DNA of 64,000 nucleotides from Tubulanus polymorphus (lineage: Eukaryota; Animalia; Nemertea). This document shows, piece after piece, positions 37,781 to 50,590 of the stretch. Position 1 is the stretch's first letter; the number at the start of each line of letters is the position of its first letter. A model generated the notes under the pieces. That model had not been told where the DNA came from and did not search any database. It worked only from the letters and a program-made list of their open reading frames with translations. Location: positions 10,610,655-10,674,654 of the forward strand of contig NC_134033.1 in assembly GCF_964204645.1 (NCBI RefSeq). The letters run 5' to 3'. The position numbers and the translations under genes were made by a program.

Positions 37781-38774
37781 ATCGCTCGCATAAAATTCGA
37801 GTTGAAACTCTCCTAGCTTTTTCTTCAAATTTTAGGTTTTTCTTTGATCTTTGAACAAAAGCTCGCGAAATTCTCGGAACGAGTTTAAAATTCGGACCGA
37901 ATTTTCCTCAATTTCGAAGCTCCTAGATTTCACCACGGACTCAAAAACGAGTCGTTTGAAAATCGGATTCTTGAAAGGATTCGTTAATTGTGAAAGCGGC
38001 ACCTTCCCCGGATCCAGGAGGGGTTCAATGTGTAGACCACTCTACAAGTGATGATTCCATCACCATCCCGAGTTACATCTCGAGTTATTTCCCTTTTGCC
38101 CTCTGGCTTAAAATGATTGCCTTATTGACAGCCATTAGACATCTGAGGGCTTTAGACTGGGTTTTGTCCGCGGCCAGTCAGGCGCTCGGGGTCAAACCGT
38201 CTAACAACTATTAATTCATCTCTCCCAGCGAGAACCAAACCAAATTAGCCGGTAAAGAATCGGCGTTAATTTGACACCAGAAACTGATGACGTAATCGGA
38301 ATTAGCGGTGTTTGCGACGTTGATCTGTCGGGCCTAATGACGCGACAAAACAATATGCTAGATTTCAACGCACGGAGAATTGATGAAAATTTATGGCGCG
38401 TATTTTGTTTATTGTGAATTAAATTTTATAGGATTAATTTCATTGTAACAGTACAACAGATAACGGGTTCACGATTCCTGGTTCGGCGAGTCCCATTTCC
38501 TTCTTAGAACATATACAATCGAAGCATTAAGCGTAAATAATAAATTTATGATATCATAATTTGATAATCTGAGCGATTGAAATCTCAAATCATCTGTGAT
38601 TTGATAATCTCGAATAAGACCATTGAATCGTAGTTGTCAATGTGATTCTAGTTATTAGAACACAAATATCAGGGTTCTAATAGAATTGTCGCGGTCCTAT
38701 AGACTTTGTATGACCTTTTGAGTAAAAATAATTCATTTTCAAATGTTTAACTCTGTGAAGATATATTCTTACCC

Positions 38775-39477
38775 ATGGGTCCAGTTGCATATCCAACAAG
38801 TGGTCTTAATGAGTTTAGACTGGTAAGCTGTGGCTTAAAGAACCAAAATGAAATTAGACTGGTTTTAAGTTGTAAGACGGATCCAAAATGAGCTTAGACT
38901 GGTCTTAAGTTGTTAGATTGGTTATAGAACTAAAATGAACTTATACTCGTTGTTAGTTGTTAGATTGGCTATAGAACCAAAATGAATTTAGACTGGTCGT
39001 AAGTTGCAGTTAATGGAATAAAGACGAGATAAGGCTGGTTTTAAGTTGTTGTTTTTTAATCTTAAAATAGGGAATTTCCCTGTTATTTATTTGGCTGGTA
39101 AATTTCGTTTGATGTTTTGATTGAGTGTCCCTTACAGACCCACCACACCTGCCGGGAGCGAAACAGTGGATTTGATTTTGAAATCGGAAATCGAAGTACA
39201 AATATAGTTGTGTGATCGGCGGTCGAGTTAACAGAATTTTTTTTTCTTTAAATCGAAGTACAAGTCTTAAGTTGTTCTTAAGTTGTTAGATTGGCTTTAA
39301 AATCAAAATGAGTTTAGACTGGTCTTAACTTGCATTTAATGGAACAAAGATGAGCTATGAGTGGTCTTGAGTTTTATCATGGGCTCTAAAACAAAGATTC
39401 AAATGATTGTATAGATTGACTATAGCTGGTCTTAGCCTTGTTGTAAACCTCTCAACTGATTGTGGAACTGGGTCCAG
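38775..39477. mobile_element. MITE family A copy with both ends, containing a nested family B insertion (about 39056-39263)
   Basis: Ends TGGGTCCAGTTGCA ... TGTGGAACTGGGTCCAG. The internal 47-bp array is interrupted by a sequence that also occurs at 15763-15966. Confidence 0.7.
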
Positions 39478-39980
39478 GGGTCCAGGGTCTAGGGACCTTC
39501 TGTTACGCATCGAGGAAAATATGATATGTGCAAATTTGGACCTTCGTGACTTCGAGGGGTGATATACTGAATGAACGCTGAATTGAAGAATAGAGCTAGC
39601 TTCAGCTGTGAAAATATCATATCAGACATTTAAAAAACCAGATGTTATTGCGCCGTAGAACGCTTTTGTCTTGTCCGCTATCCGGAAAACTGAGTCAATA
39701 TTTGAAAAATTATATTTTCTGAAAAAGATATTCCCGTTGGGATTATTTACGAAGCCCCCAGGGTGTCTTGCTGGAGTTAATCCAAATAAAGTGATTCGAG
39801 TTAGTAAAACACCATGTTAATAAGCGGCTGCTGGTTTCAAATTGCATATCAGTCCAAAATCAACTTCACGGTTTTAGGTTGAATCTGGCTCATTTTCGAT
39901 TTCGGAGCAAATTTAAACAAAATGAAATTTGGTCGGTTAATCATAGCTGATGACGATATTTCGATATTCAATCACAGATT

Positions 39981-40154
39981 CAGAACCAGAAAACCAGTCA
40001 CAATCAGTCTCAGGACCAGTAAAAACCCAGTTATAGAAAAACCAGTCAGAATCAGTTTCAGAACCAGCCATAACAAGTCACAATCAGTCTCAGAACCAGA
40101 TAAAACCAGTCACAATCAGTCTCAGAACCAGATAAAACCAGTCACAATCAGTCT
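39981..40154. repeat. 32-bp minisatellite, about 5 copies
   Basis: Unit CAGAACCAGATAAAACCAGTCACAATCAGTCT (e.g. 40091, 40123). Confidence 0.9.
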
Positions 40155-40702
40155 TCGAATGATTCTGTGGACATGAAGATCTCATATTGATCTCAATTCC
40201 GAAAGTCAGTATCTGTATATTTACTTCCGGTTTGTCGGTATTGTACCCGTCCGTACGTGGTTTATATCGATTTCTTCGGTAGCATCTTTTGTGTCCGGTA
40301 TCGCTTTTCTTCGTATTCGTGAAAAACTTCTCATCAGCAAAAAAATTCATTCACGCAATATCGTGGCGAATACGGAGGCAAAAAACGGACAGCTCCGAGA
40401 ATATCGTGTGAAAGAGGAAACCTAGTGCTCCGCGGAATGAAACCCTACCCGCGATACGCGGTACAAAGACAACTCCCCTGTACCTTCGCTAACCATCGCC
40501 GTAACAGATTAAAAAAAACATAGCGCACACGTACAAAATCAATAGTAGCTTCTTCAGTTTGTGTGTCATAAGGAAATACATGCATGAAGTGTATATTTGA
40601 ATAGGACAAGGTGACTACTTGTCGACGTACTTTGATATTGTCTCCGAGATTTGATTCATAATGTGGAACCAGCTGAATACGAAAAAACGCGTACTTGGAA
40701 AT

Positions 40703-40945
40703 CAGGGGCCATCGGTCGACTGAGATTATAGACCGACTGAAGACCATCTTGGTATTCTATAGCCAATCTAACGGCTCAAAACCAGTCTAAGCTCAATGTA
40801 GTTCTATATAACAACTATGTATCATTCTAACAACTTAAGATCTGTCTAGGTTCAATATAGTACTTTTAACCAATCTAACAACTTAAAACCCGTCCAAGTC
40901 CAAGATGATCTTAGTTCTATCGCAAATCTACCAGCTAAAGACCTG
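40703..40945 (-). mobile_element. MITE family A copy
   Basis: CAGGGGCC start plus reverse-oriented 47-bp units (CCAATCTAACAACTTAAAACC). Confidence 0.65.
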
Positions 40946-43900
40946 TTTTGTGATTGCTATGAGACCTCACTCGGGCGTGAGTCCCGGGCGGGAAGCAAGT
41001 CCGAGGTACCAGGCCTTTTTGTGTTTTTATGATAGTAGCCTATTGATAAAAGTCGTGTTTGTTTGAATACAGCTCACGCTGTTCACGACCAAACGCGTTT
41101 TCCCGTTAATGAGAAAATTTGTGTTTCTTATAAGGACACGTTGAAAGCAAAGTGGATACTTTTCTATGCGTCTTTCTCGTCTTTCTTTTCTTCGTTTCTT
41201 CGTTTGGTTTGTAGATTACTTTTGAAGTGGTCGCCGCGAGAACAGCCGTTCGTGTGTTTCTCCCGTTACGATTAAGCTCATTAGAGACGCATTGAATCGT
41301 CTCTGAGTCAAATAATTACTCGCTACTTAGAACAGCAGCAGCGGCAGCGGTGGCAGTACCTGCACCAGAATGACGGGTCTCTTCTGAGTATATGAAGACA
41401 GTTATTGTCTCGATTACTGTAGCGACAATTTACAAACCAATTTTCCAACAATCGGAAAAAAAAACTTTCGCAAGTTTTTACGACGCTTTTGTTGCGTCGT
41501 AGCTATAATCAATTTGAACGGTTTCTCTCTCAGACGCCTAGATCTATCAGCGGAACTTTTGATGTTATGCGCAAGCGCGCGAATTAGCATCGCTCTCTAA
41601 TGACCGACAGTTCCTCTGCCGAATTGCAACCGGTAATACCAGTAATAACACGTCACTTCCGGCGTGTGTGTGATACCGCGCTGAATCTAGCAGCGAAAAT
41701 AGACAAAAATTGTGGGATAATTTTCTCTGTTTTTTTTTTCGTGTCAGAATTTGACAACAAAAAACTCCATAGAATGCCATCACCGATGTAGTTCCATAGA
41801 CTCCGGGGACTGGTAATATCTTAATATCTCGATTTTTAGAGGATTATCTGGGATTCGAATCCAATTATTGTCATTAATCTATATCATGGTACATTTTCTA
41901 AAGAACCCAAGAATTCTGGGATTTTAACCCGATGTAGTACCATAGATTTGCACAAATTATGTGATATAGTTAGATATTGGGATTCTTATGGGATTGCTGA
42001 GAATGACCTCGCGGAGCACCACATAACCTCAAATCCTATCGTGCGCGCAAGATTTTCTCACGTCAAACCGAAACCCCAAACCTCCAAATATTTACCATTA
42101 CCAACAGTAACACGAGACCCAGGTGTGAAGATATACATATTTGAATAATGATCGTACATCTTGTAAATTCGATTCTGAAGTGGTGGGGGAGGTATTTCCG
42201 TATTTTCCACACGTTCTTCCCACGGTGCAATTTTTCGTCCGCCGAAAGGTTTCTAATCGACGTTCTATCGATGTCTGTTGTTAATAGATCGAATATCGGA
42301 TATCGAATGTCTTATTTATCTAAATATTCTATTAACGTACCGGATGAACTCTGATAAACTAGCGCAATATGTTGCGGTCTATGAGATTTTTTTTTATTAA
42401 TATTTTTTTCTATTCCTTCAAATTCTTTTTTTGAATATTTTTTCCAAGCTGACGCATTCTACCGGTTCACGCCTAATTAGAGTTTATTGTCGCATTATAT
42501 TGAAATATATCTGAATCGGAAATCCGTAATCGCTACTTACTACAATCTGACACACCACAGATTCACCGCAGCGGCTTTTTATCTGAATCATCAATTTGCA
42601 ATGTTTAGAGAATATATGATTGTATTGAAATGTTTAGAAACTATATGATTAAAATGGTTTAATGACTCGTTGAACGGCCTTATGACCCAGTTCCGCGGTT
42701 CTCGAAAAATAATTTAAAAATTTGAAATAATTAAAACACGCTGAAAATTACAATAATGTGGAACCGGATCTTGCAGTCTTCCATTATGTTCTGGAGTGCA
42801 ATTACTTTTCGGAATTGCTTAATTCGTTTATACCCCCAATTTTTAGCGATGAACCCAACTATTGATCACAAATTTAGTAGATCATTATCATCAATTAAGT
42901 ATTTATTTTTGTTTTGTGCTCCTCGAAAAACTATTTATAATTTGGAGCAATAGAGAATAATCTAATAATCTTATCTGTAGATTGTTATTCGAATCAAATT
43001 ACTTTAACTGTAGATCAAGAAGAACTGTAGATCAAGGAAAAAAGTCTTACAATAAAATTTTTATCCGATTTTGTCTTGTGAGCTTACATACTTAGTCATT
43101 ACTTTCTCTAGTCATTGCATCTGATGATGTTGTTGGTCAACAGCTGAACATTCGTGTGGTTTCATTCCAATAGTTTTTATCGGATGAGAAAAATTACTAT
43201 TGTTTGACTTTTCCATTTATGAATCGTTACATTAACTGATAAATCATTGTAAATTCTGGACCCAATTTCGCAGTTGTAAGTTGCAATTTGGCTCTTAAAA
43301 AAAACTTTCAGACATTCAAATCTCTACGTTCGAATGTCTGATAATGAACTAATTTAATCCTATATATAAACTGAAACCGTTGGGACCTAAGTGTTGGTCC
43401 CGGTGATTCAGGCAAAGGAAACTGAATCAAAAACAAATGTTCATTACGGAATAGCCTTTGAGACGCGATGGAATTAAAAGATTACATGATATAACCCCTA
43501 TAAGCGCAACTTAATAGTATAGCCAGCTTCGGGGTGTTTGACAAGGGGAAACGCTAAGGATTGGTTACATTTTCAATATTGTCCCGGTTTGTATTAGCAC
43601 GATGTTTAGTGAAACCTCGCGGCTATATCTACGTAATAGACGAAAGCGATGGCAGGCAGCACAGGATGCGCTCCGTAGTCTCCGGATGAAATAATTGTCC
43701 CTTCTATCTATCTGATTTTTAACTTATAATCACTATTGTATTATATAACTACCACTTATAGTTTTAAATTTGTTTATTTCTTAACTGTTTTCATCTTGTA
43801 TGTTACCCCTAGTTTGTATCATCTGCATATTGAATGATTAGAAATATTGTCTCTCTCTCCCTCTGTCTCTCTAAAATATCTAAGATGATTACAAAGCTGC

Positions 43901-44023
43901 TATTTTAAATCTGCTGATTCACTATTGTATTATCAAATAATCTCTGATCGGTCCTGCTTTGAACTTGTTAAGTTCATAAACGTTTTAATCTTGCATATCA
44001 CCCCAATTTTGTTATAAAACTTG

Positions 44024-44320
44024 TATTCGTGAAGACTAATAGTTGAAGGTAGTCGAAACGTGGAATAAACTTCTAGCTAAAGGGAACATTTCGGACTTAA
44101 TGTTTTCATTCTTTTGTAGGATTTTCTATATTATCTTTACAACACGAACTCGGAATGTTTCACAAATGGTTGTTTTTGCTGCCATTATACATTAGTGTTT
44201 GGTCGAATTAAGCGTAGAATATACTACAGGCTCATGGAAACTCTTTGGACTCTTTTTATTCTGGCGGATTCCATGTTATCTCTTACAAAGCGGACTCACG
44301 GGTCACTTTCACCAAATGGA
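44024..44320 (+). mobile_element. Two tandem Penelope-like terminal-repeat fragments
   Basis: TATTC GTGAA GACTA..TAGTC GAAACGTG GAATA plus the family tail. A second degenerate tail copy follows (GGACTCTTTTTATTCT...GCGGACTC). Confidence 0.55.
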
Positions 44321-44423
44321 TCAATTCCTTAATCGATTTAATTTCCTCGTCGATTCAGTTCTTCTTAAAATAGATGAATAAGATAGAAAATACGTATGCT
44401 AAGTTACTTCTGTTTCTGGCATT

Positions 44424-44465
44424 CCACCTGATGATGGCTGTTAGTCAACAGCCGAAACTCGGTGG
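44424..44465 (+). ncRNA. Hammerhead ribozyme-like motif (second family)
   Basis: CCAC CTGATGA T GGCTGTT-AGTC-AACAGCC GAAA CTCG GTGG: core plus stems I and II intact, stem III/cleavage region altered. Degenerate relatives are at 9086, 43116 and 55949. Confidence 0.6.
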
Positions 44466-46539
44466 TTTTGTTTTTGATTTCATCATAGGCCTATTTAAAT
44501 TATAATTGTGGGACTTCATCATTTATCATTTACAAGAAATAGTGTTTTATTCGTCTACTGACAGATTTAGTATTTCATCCAATTTGTGAAACCGGGCAAA
44601 GGGGAATCTCCTCACTAGTGATCAGACAGGATGTTGCGCAGTCCCGGGATGCGAGTTCTCTCTAGGCTCGGGGTGTTGGGTGAACAAACACCGCTAACAT
44701 AACGTCCCATTCGACAGAAAGTTTCAATTCGCTGTACCGTCGTATATTTACACGTCGGATTTAGTTATAGATTTAAACAGCGTCGCGCGGAATTCGCACA
44801 AAAACCTTAGATAATCGAAATGTTTACGAAGCCATTCGATGAATGGTTTTATATCCAGTTAAATTATGCGGGCGCATTCATCGAGACGGACGAGTGTATT
44901 CTTTACCTGGCCCAGGTACCACACCTTGAGAACCAGTTCTTATACGAGCTTAGTAATCAGTCTTTATGCGCGCTTGACTGCTTTTCAATGCGCTGTCATT
45001 TCGTCCTGTATCAAAGCTCGGCTTAGGCGACAATTGTTCGTCAAATCCTCGAGTCACGGTTTCATAAACACGGGAACCCGGACCGCCGATAAAATATGAC
45101 CGAAAATCGACATTAGTCCCACACCAATAGGCAAATTGCACTCTATCATCGTGACTATGGGCTTGACTACCTACGCGAAGTGTCAACACGATTTCTGCGA
45201 ATATTAATCATTTCTCGACGTGAATTTCGCACACCTATCATTTCGCCCGAGGTGGAGATCTTATTTGTGTTCTACATTTCCGTTAGAATTGTTATGATAA
45301 ATACCCCATCTGCAAAAAACCGCCTATAGCCCCGCAATGAGTACCTCGTTAGAAGTAGAGTTAGTTCTGATTTGTGAAAATCAAAAGGTTGCGAAGTTAG
45401 ATTTGAACTTAAGAAATACGTAACAATATCGTGTATTTTCAACGTTTAAAATTTGAATTGGGTTTCATAAACAGATGAATTTGTCGATTTTCGAGCTGGT
45501 TTCTGGATACATATTTAGCTCGCTATAGAGTAGGATATGTGTAAGTAAACTGGTAGTAATCCAGAGGTAACTCAGGACCCAGGGCACTCACGGATTGACA
45601 CTTGATAATAGTTTAAGTTGGTACTTTTTGTCATCTGAATAAACGAAAAAAAATTGCAATAAATGAGTGATTAAATTTTGACAAAACATTTGTTTGTCGA
45701 TCTTCAAAATGCTTTTGGTAAACAGCTTATAAACTGAAATATTCGAAGACCTTCGAAACGCCTTTGATACACAAGTAACACGTAGAAACTATAACTAGAA
45801 ATCGACAAATCATTCGTTCGTCGATTTTCAAAACGCTTTTGACAAAATCGTTGTTATTATCATTATTAAACAGTTTGTTGGTTTTTCATTGTAAATAGAC
45901 GCGTATAGATTACGAACAGCGACCACAACAAGAGAGAAAGAGAGGGACATTCTTTATATACGAGACGTATACCCGTGTTTTAAAGGGTTAGAAGTTGTCC
46001 TTTTCCGGCGAGCGACTTTATATTCTCTCTTTTGTCCGTCCCATTCACCGCGCACAAAATCGAAAATCATATCGTCGTCGAGTATTTGAAAGGCTTTCGA
46101 TGAATGTAACTTTCTCTTTTATTGAACCGAATCTTTTGGCGATCGACAGATCGTGTAAATCTCATTTATGTTTCCAGTGAATGGTATGTAGTGTGGCCTG
46201 TTCGATTCAGTAGACTCCTAATGGGCCCACACCGTTTCATATAGAAAAGGGCTCCCGAAATATAAAAGAAAGCACCTTATTATTATTACTGTTTGGGTCT
46301 TGTAATACTTGATTGTGACTTAACGGATAAGGTGAAATACCTATTATCCAGAACAATATGCTGATCGCGTGCCACCATTTTGGTTATATTTTCGTCCCTT
46401 TCATTTTGACGTAAATAACAACAATGAGTCCGGTGATTTATTTCGATTATCAGATTTGTTACTACTAAAAGGTGTTAAACTCGCCCTGTGTGTCTGTGTG
46501 TAAAGCATTATTCGATCGATAAGTTAGTTGTCTAATGAT

Positions 46540-47345
46540 AATGATCTGCTATTGAAATATATCGCTATTGAGTGAAATGAGGACCACTGACTTTCTAATG
46601 TTGTTGTTGTGTTTCGGACGATTTGAAACGTGTAAAGAAGTCTTTTTACAATACAAGAATACAACGTTAATAATAAACAGAAATATACAAATAAACGTTC
46701 ATTAAATCGACATAAATTTCTGAATGCACTAAACATAGAAAATCTAAACACTCATCAACCCGACGATTACTATACATTTTAAAGAAGCGTCAACTGCTTC
46801 AAATAGACAAGTTATCCATCTGAAAAGTATCAAAGTACCATTCCTCTTCGCATCAACTCAAAAAATGGATAATTTGTAATTGGAAAATCTGATAATTCGA
46901 TACGTATATAACGTGAATAACCTCGTTTTGTTTTTAAGTAACTTTATTGGGGTTTTGAGGTTTTAGGTAATGATCGCCCCGGCAAAAAATCCCCCTAGGC
47001 AAAAATCCCTCCTGGTAAAAGTCCTCCCGAAATTCAGTTTTCTATCAAACTATAGAGTATAAAATTTTGTTAAACACTAGATAAAACTTTTGATAATATC
47101 AAACACCAAACTTCTTTAAAATCTTTACTAAAGTACATATCCTTGATGTTATTCAGTTGATTGAAATGAATTTTGAAAACAATGTCGAAAATCTTCCAAA
47201 AATGTCGAAATGTACAAAGATTAAATAGAGGCCATTTTGTCTTTACATAAACTTCGATGCGATCCAATTTCGACAAAAAAAAAATCTATGAAATAAGGAA
47301 TAAAAATATCAATAGATGCCAAAAAGACTCATTCACAGTATGAAA
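46540..47345 (-). pseudogene. Possible heavily decayed LINE ORF2 C-terminal fragment (L1/Tx1-like), interrupted
   Basis: Fragmented minus-strand translations (NESFWHLL, C-x-FRHFWK, LVFNKIL, SQWS) are reminiscent of the post-RT C-terminal region. Frameshifted, with no intact domain. Confidence 0.25.
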
Positions 47346-48654
47346 TAGATTTTAAATTGAATTTTTTAGAATTTGTTTTCGACGACAGAATCAGGAAATA
47401 GTGATGTGTAAAATATTGAAACGTTCTCATCTGTTGCATTAGTGGTAGGTTGAAGCATGTCATTTCGTCCTAACAGGTAGCCACAGTCTGACACAAACAA
47501 CTTATACCGTCGACAATAGACGCATCGAAGCGCAGATAATTGCAGTTATTCCACCATAAATGGGACCTTCGGAGGCCTTTGTTCGGGCACAATAGACGCC
47601 AAACTGGATGGGAAATAAATCGGGGCCAGATATGGGCACCCCCGAAAATTTCGGGTACGAAAATCTTTTTTGGTTGAAACTCCCGAAAAAGATAGCTTCC
47701 TGATTCGATAAAACAGATTCATAGAACGGATATGTTCTTATATCGATTAAAATCTCTTTCACAGGCGTGGTAGCATGACGAATTCAGACGAAATAAATGA
47801 AGAAATCATATCACACGTATGAAGTAAATTTTTTATGACATGATTTGATGAAAATAATGATTTATTAGCTTACAAAGTGCGATGACCCAAAGCCCAGATT
47901 TCAGCTTCTAAAGCCATGATTAGTTGTTTTAGAAAACGTTTTATTAGTTAGCCCTATAGTCGAATCTAAACCGACGACTCGGGAACTGGAAAGCGTAAGT
48001 TGAGTCGTTTTATGGGGCGATCGACAACTTCAAATCGAAAATTCAAGAGTCATTTTTCTATTCGCGAACAAACGATATGTTTATATTTCTGTTTGGTGTC
48101 TATAAGTGTTTTATATAGGAGGCCATTAGAAGTCTACTGAATCGCGAAGTGACGCTATTTTACTCTAAACACAGACGACTTTACACGATCTACCGACCAT
48201 CAAAAGAGTCAGTTCAATACGAACGAAAGTTACATTCATCGAAAGCTTTTCAAATATATTATTGTATGATGAAGTTATGGACAACGCTTTTGAGTGTAAC
48301 AGACACAAAGAGTAGTCGCCTATTAAACACAGTATGTTGAGTGTTGTCTTTTTGTTTCTTGAATAAAGAAACGGCTTTCGTTTTTCTGTTTACAAATCTG
48401 TGTGTGAGTAACTATATACTATAACGCACCCACCCCCGACTCTCTAAACGCATGCATGGAGAAACTCCTACTGTATTTTTATTGTTACTCAATCAAAGGC
48501 TTTTGACCCATCGACAAAACATAAGTTCATAGGCAACAAATCTTCGAAACAACTTTTAAATGTTTGTTTACCACGATCGCCGCCACACTGAGACAGATAT
48601 AGGTGTCCATTGACCATTGATTTTCAGAAGTTCTACGCGATATTGATACAATGA

Positions 48655-48855
48655 TCGTCCTAAGTCTAAGATCGGTCTCAAGTTGTTAGATTGGTTATAG
48701 AACCAAAATGTTCTTCGACTGGACTCGAATTGTTAGACTTGGTTGTAGAACCGAAATGAGGTTAGACTGATCTTTCATTTTTAGATTGGCTAGTAAACCA
48801 AAATGGGCTTAGACTGGTCTTAAATCTAAGCCTTGACTATGCAACCTGGTCACAG
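48655..48855 (+). mobile_element. MITE family A copy
   Basis: 47-bp units ending in TAAATCTAAGCCTTGACTATGCAACCTGG. Confidence 0.75.
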
Positions 48856-49599
48856 AGGATTTGAACTCCGACTTTCCAAAAACAAACTACAGCTAAGTTC
48901 CAGTGTGTAAACTATGTTATGAAACGCGAAAAGTCACATGAATAAAGAAGACGAAATCTATCCAAATGAATCAACAATTTCAGCTGTTTTGATAAATTCT
49001 ATCGTGTAAATTCGAATTGTGAGTCGTCAGTCATCTACAGTTAACTCGGATTGTTCGATTTGCTAACTCGTTACGAAATCTAGCGCTGGTTGTTTTCTCG
49101 TGTCGCCGTCCTGCCCTTCGGGTGGCTCGCTAAAGCATTTGGCACACCTGGGAAGAAGGCGGGTTATATCCCCAGGGGCAATAATCGAGAGATCCCGACA
49201 GATATACACGAAAACTCCGCTAATTGCATACGAGCCGGTTTTTAAGTACCGCACGGTGACTCATCGAGGCTAAATTTCGGCAATTTCGGCCCTCATTAAT
49301 CTCTGGCAATGTGTCGGTGTTCGATCGTCCTGAGATACCCCTCTACTGCGAGAGAGAGGGCAGCGAGCTAAGAGGTTTGAAAGGTCACTTGTCCGACAAG
49401 TGTTGACACGATAATAGAATGTGTCCTCGACGTCCGTGGTCTGAACTATAGGCGCTAAGATTATTAGCCCGAGATGGCAATTAGTTTTCTGACAAACAAT
49501 TTGTGAAAATGTCGAGAATTGCAAATTCACGTTGAGAATGATAATGTTTAACTCCCGAGGGATTTTGTGGAATCTAAACTTGTACAACTTTCTAATGAT

Positions 49600-49870
49600 C
49601 TTCGACCGGTCTCAAGTTGTTAAATTGGTTATGGAACCAAAATGAGATTAGTCTTGTCGTAACTTGCTAGATTGGTCATAGAACCAAAATGTTTTAGACT
49701 TTAAGTTGTTAGATTTAAGAACCAAAATGAATTTAGACTGGTCTTAAGTTGTTAGATTGATTTTAGAACCAAAATGAACTTCGACTGGTCTTAAGTTGTT
49801 TATAGATTTGCTACGGAACCAAAATGGCCTTGGGCTGGTTTTATGTGAGTCTTGACCGTATAACTGTACC
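49600..49870 (+). mobile_element. MITE family A copy
   Basis: About five degenerate 47-bp units. Confidence 0.75.
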
Positions 49871-50439
49871 CAACGTTTTAAAGACCCTGGATCAGATAAA
49901 TTTGTACGATGCCCATTTTCACAAAAACCTGGCCTGTAAAATAATATCTAGTACCAATAAACATGTTTTTGATTTCCACCATCGACTGGCAATATTTTAT
50001 TTTTAATTTGACAGCTCGATCGACTCCTTACATTCGATTCTATGAATGACGCTATTATTTTGGCTCCAATTCAAAATCTGTCCGCGTTCATTAAAAAAAC
50101 CACCGGTGCTTGAGAGCGTTTTGAAGATCTATTGAAATCAATTCATAGAACATGTTTAGAAAATGGTTCATATATTCAATAGGTTCTACAGTACTATACA
50201 TAACTTTTAACAGTTGTTGCGTTCATTAAGATAAAAAATGGGCAAAATTTTTAACTTTAACCTTAACGTACCCAGCTTATGGCTTAACTAATAACTGGGA
50301 CTCTAATTCCAATACTCTAACAACAACACTACAGACGAGGTTGTCTGGTCACATCTTTTATGGAAAGCTAGGTCTTAGGGTTTAGACCCAGAAAAACGTA
50401 TTTTGGTGAGTATTTCACAACTCGACCGAAATTCAGCCA

Positions 50440-50590
50440 GAGCACAACCATAGGGGGCTCGAACCTGTAACCTCCAGCATGCCAAACGAGCATTCTAACC
50501 AGTAGACCATAAACCTGAAGTACTTGACGGAATTTATAGGGTTTTCCGGTCAGGTGTGGTGACTTCATTCACTAGCAGTACCGGTCATCA
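50440..50590 (-). mobile_element. Repeat with internal tRNA-like module, copy 2
   Basis: Minus-strand TGGTCTACTGG (A box) and GGTTCGAGCCC (B box), with the adjacent GGTCAGGTGTGGTGAC flank. Confidence 0.65.
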
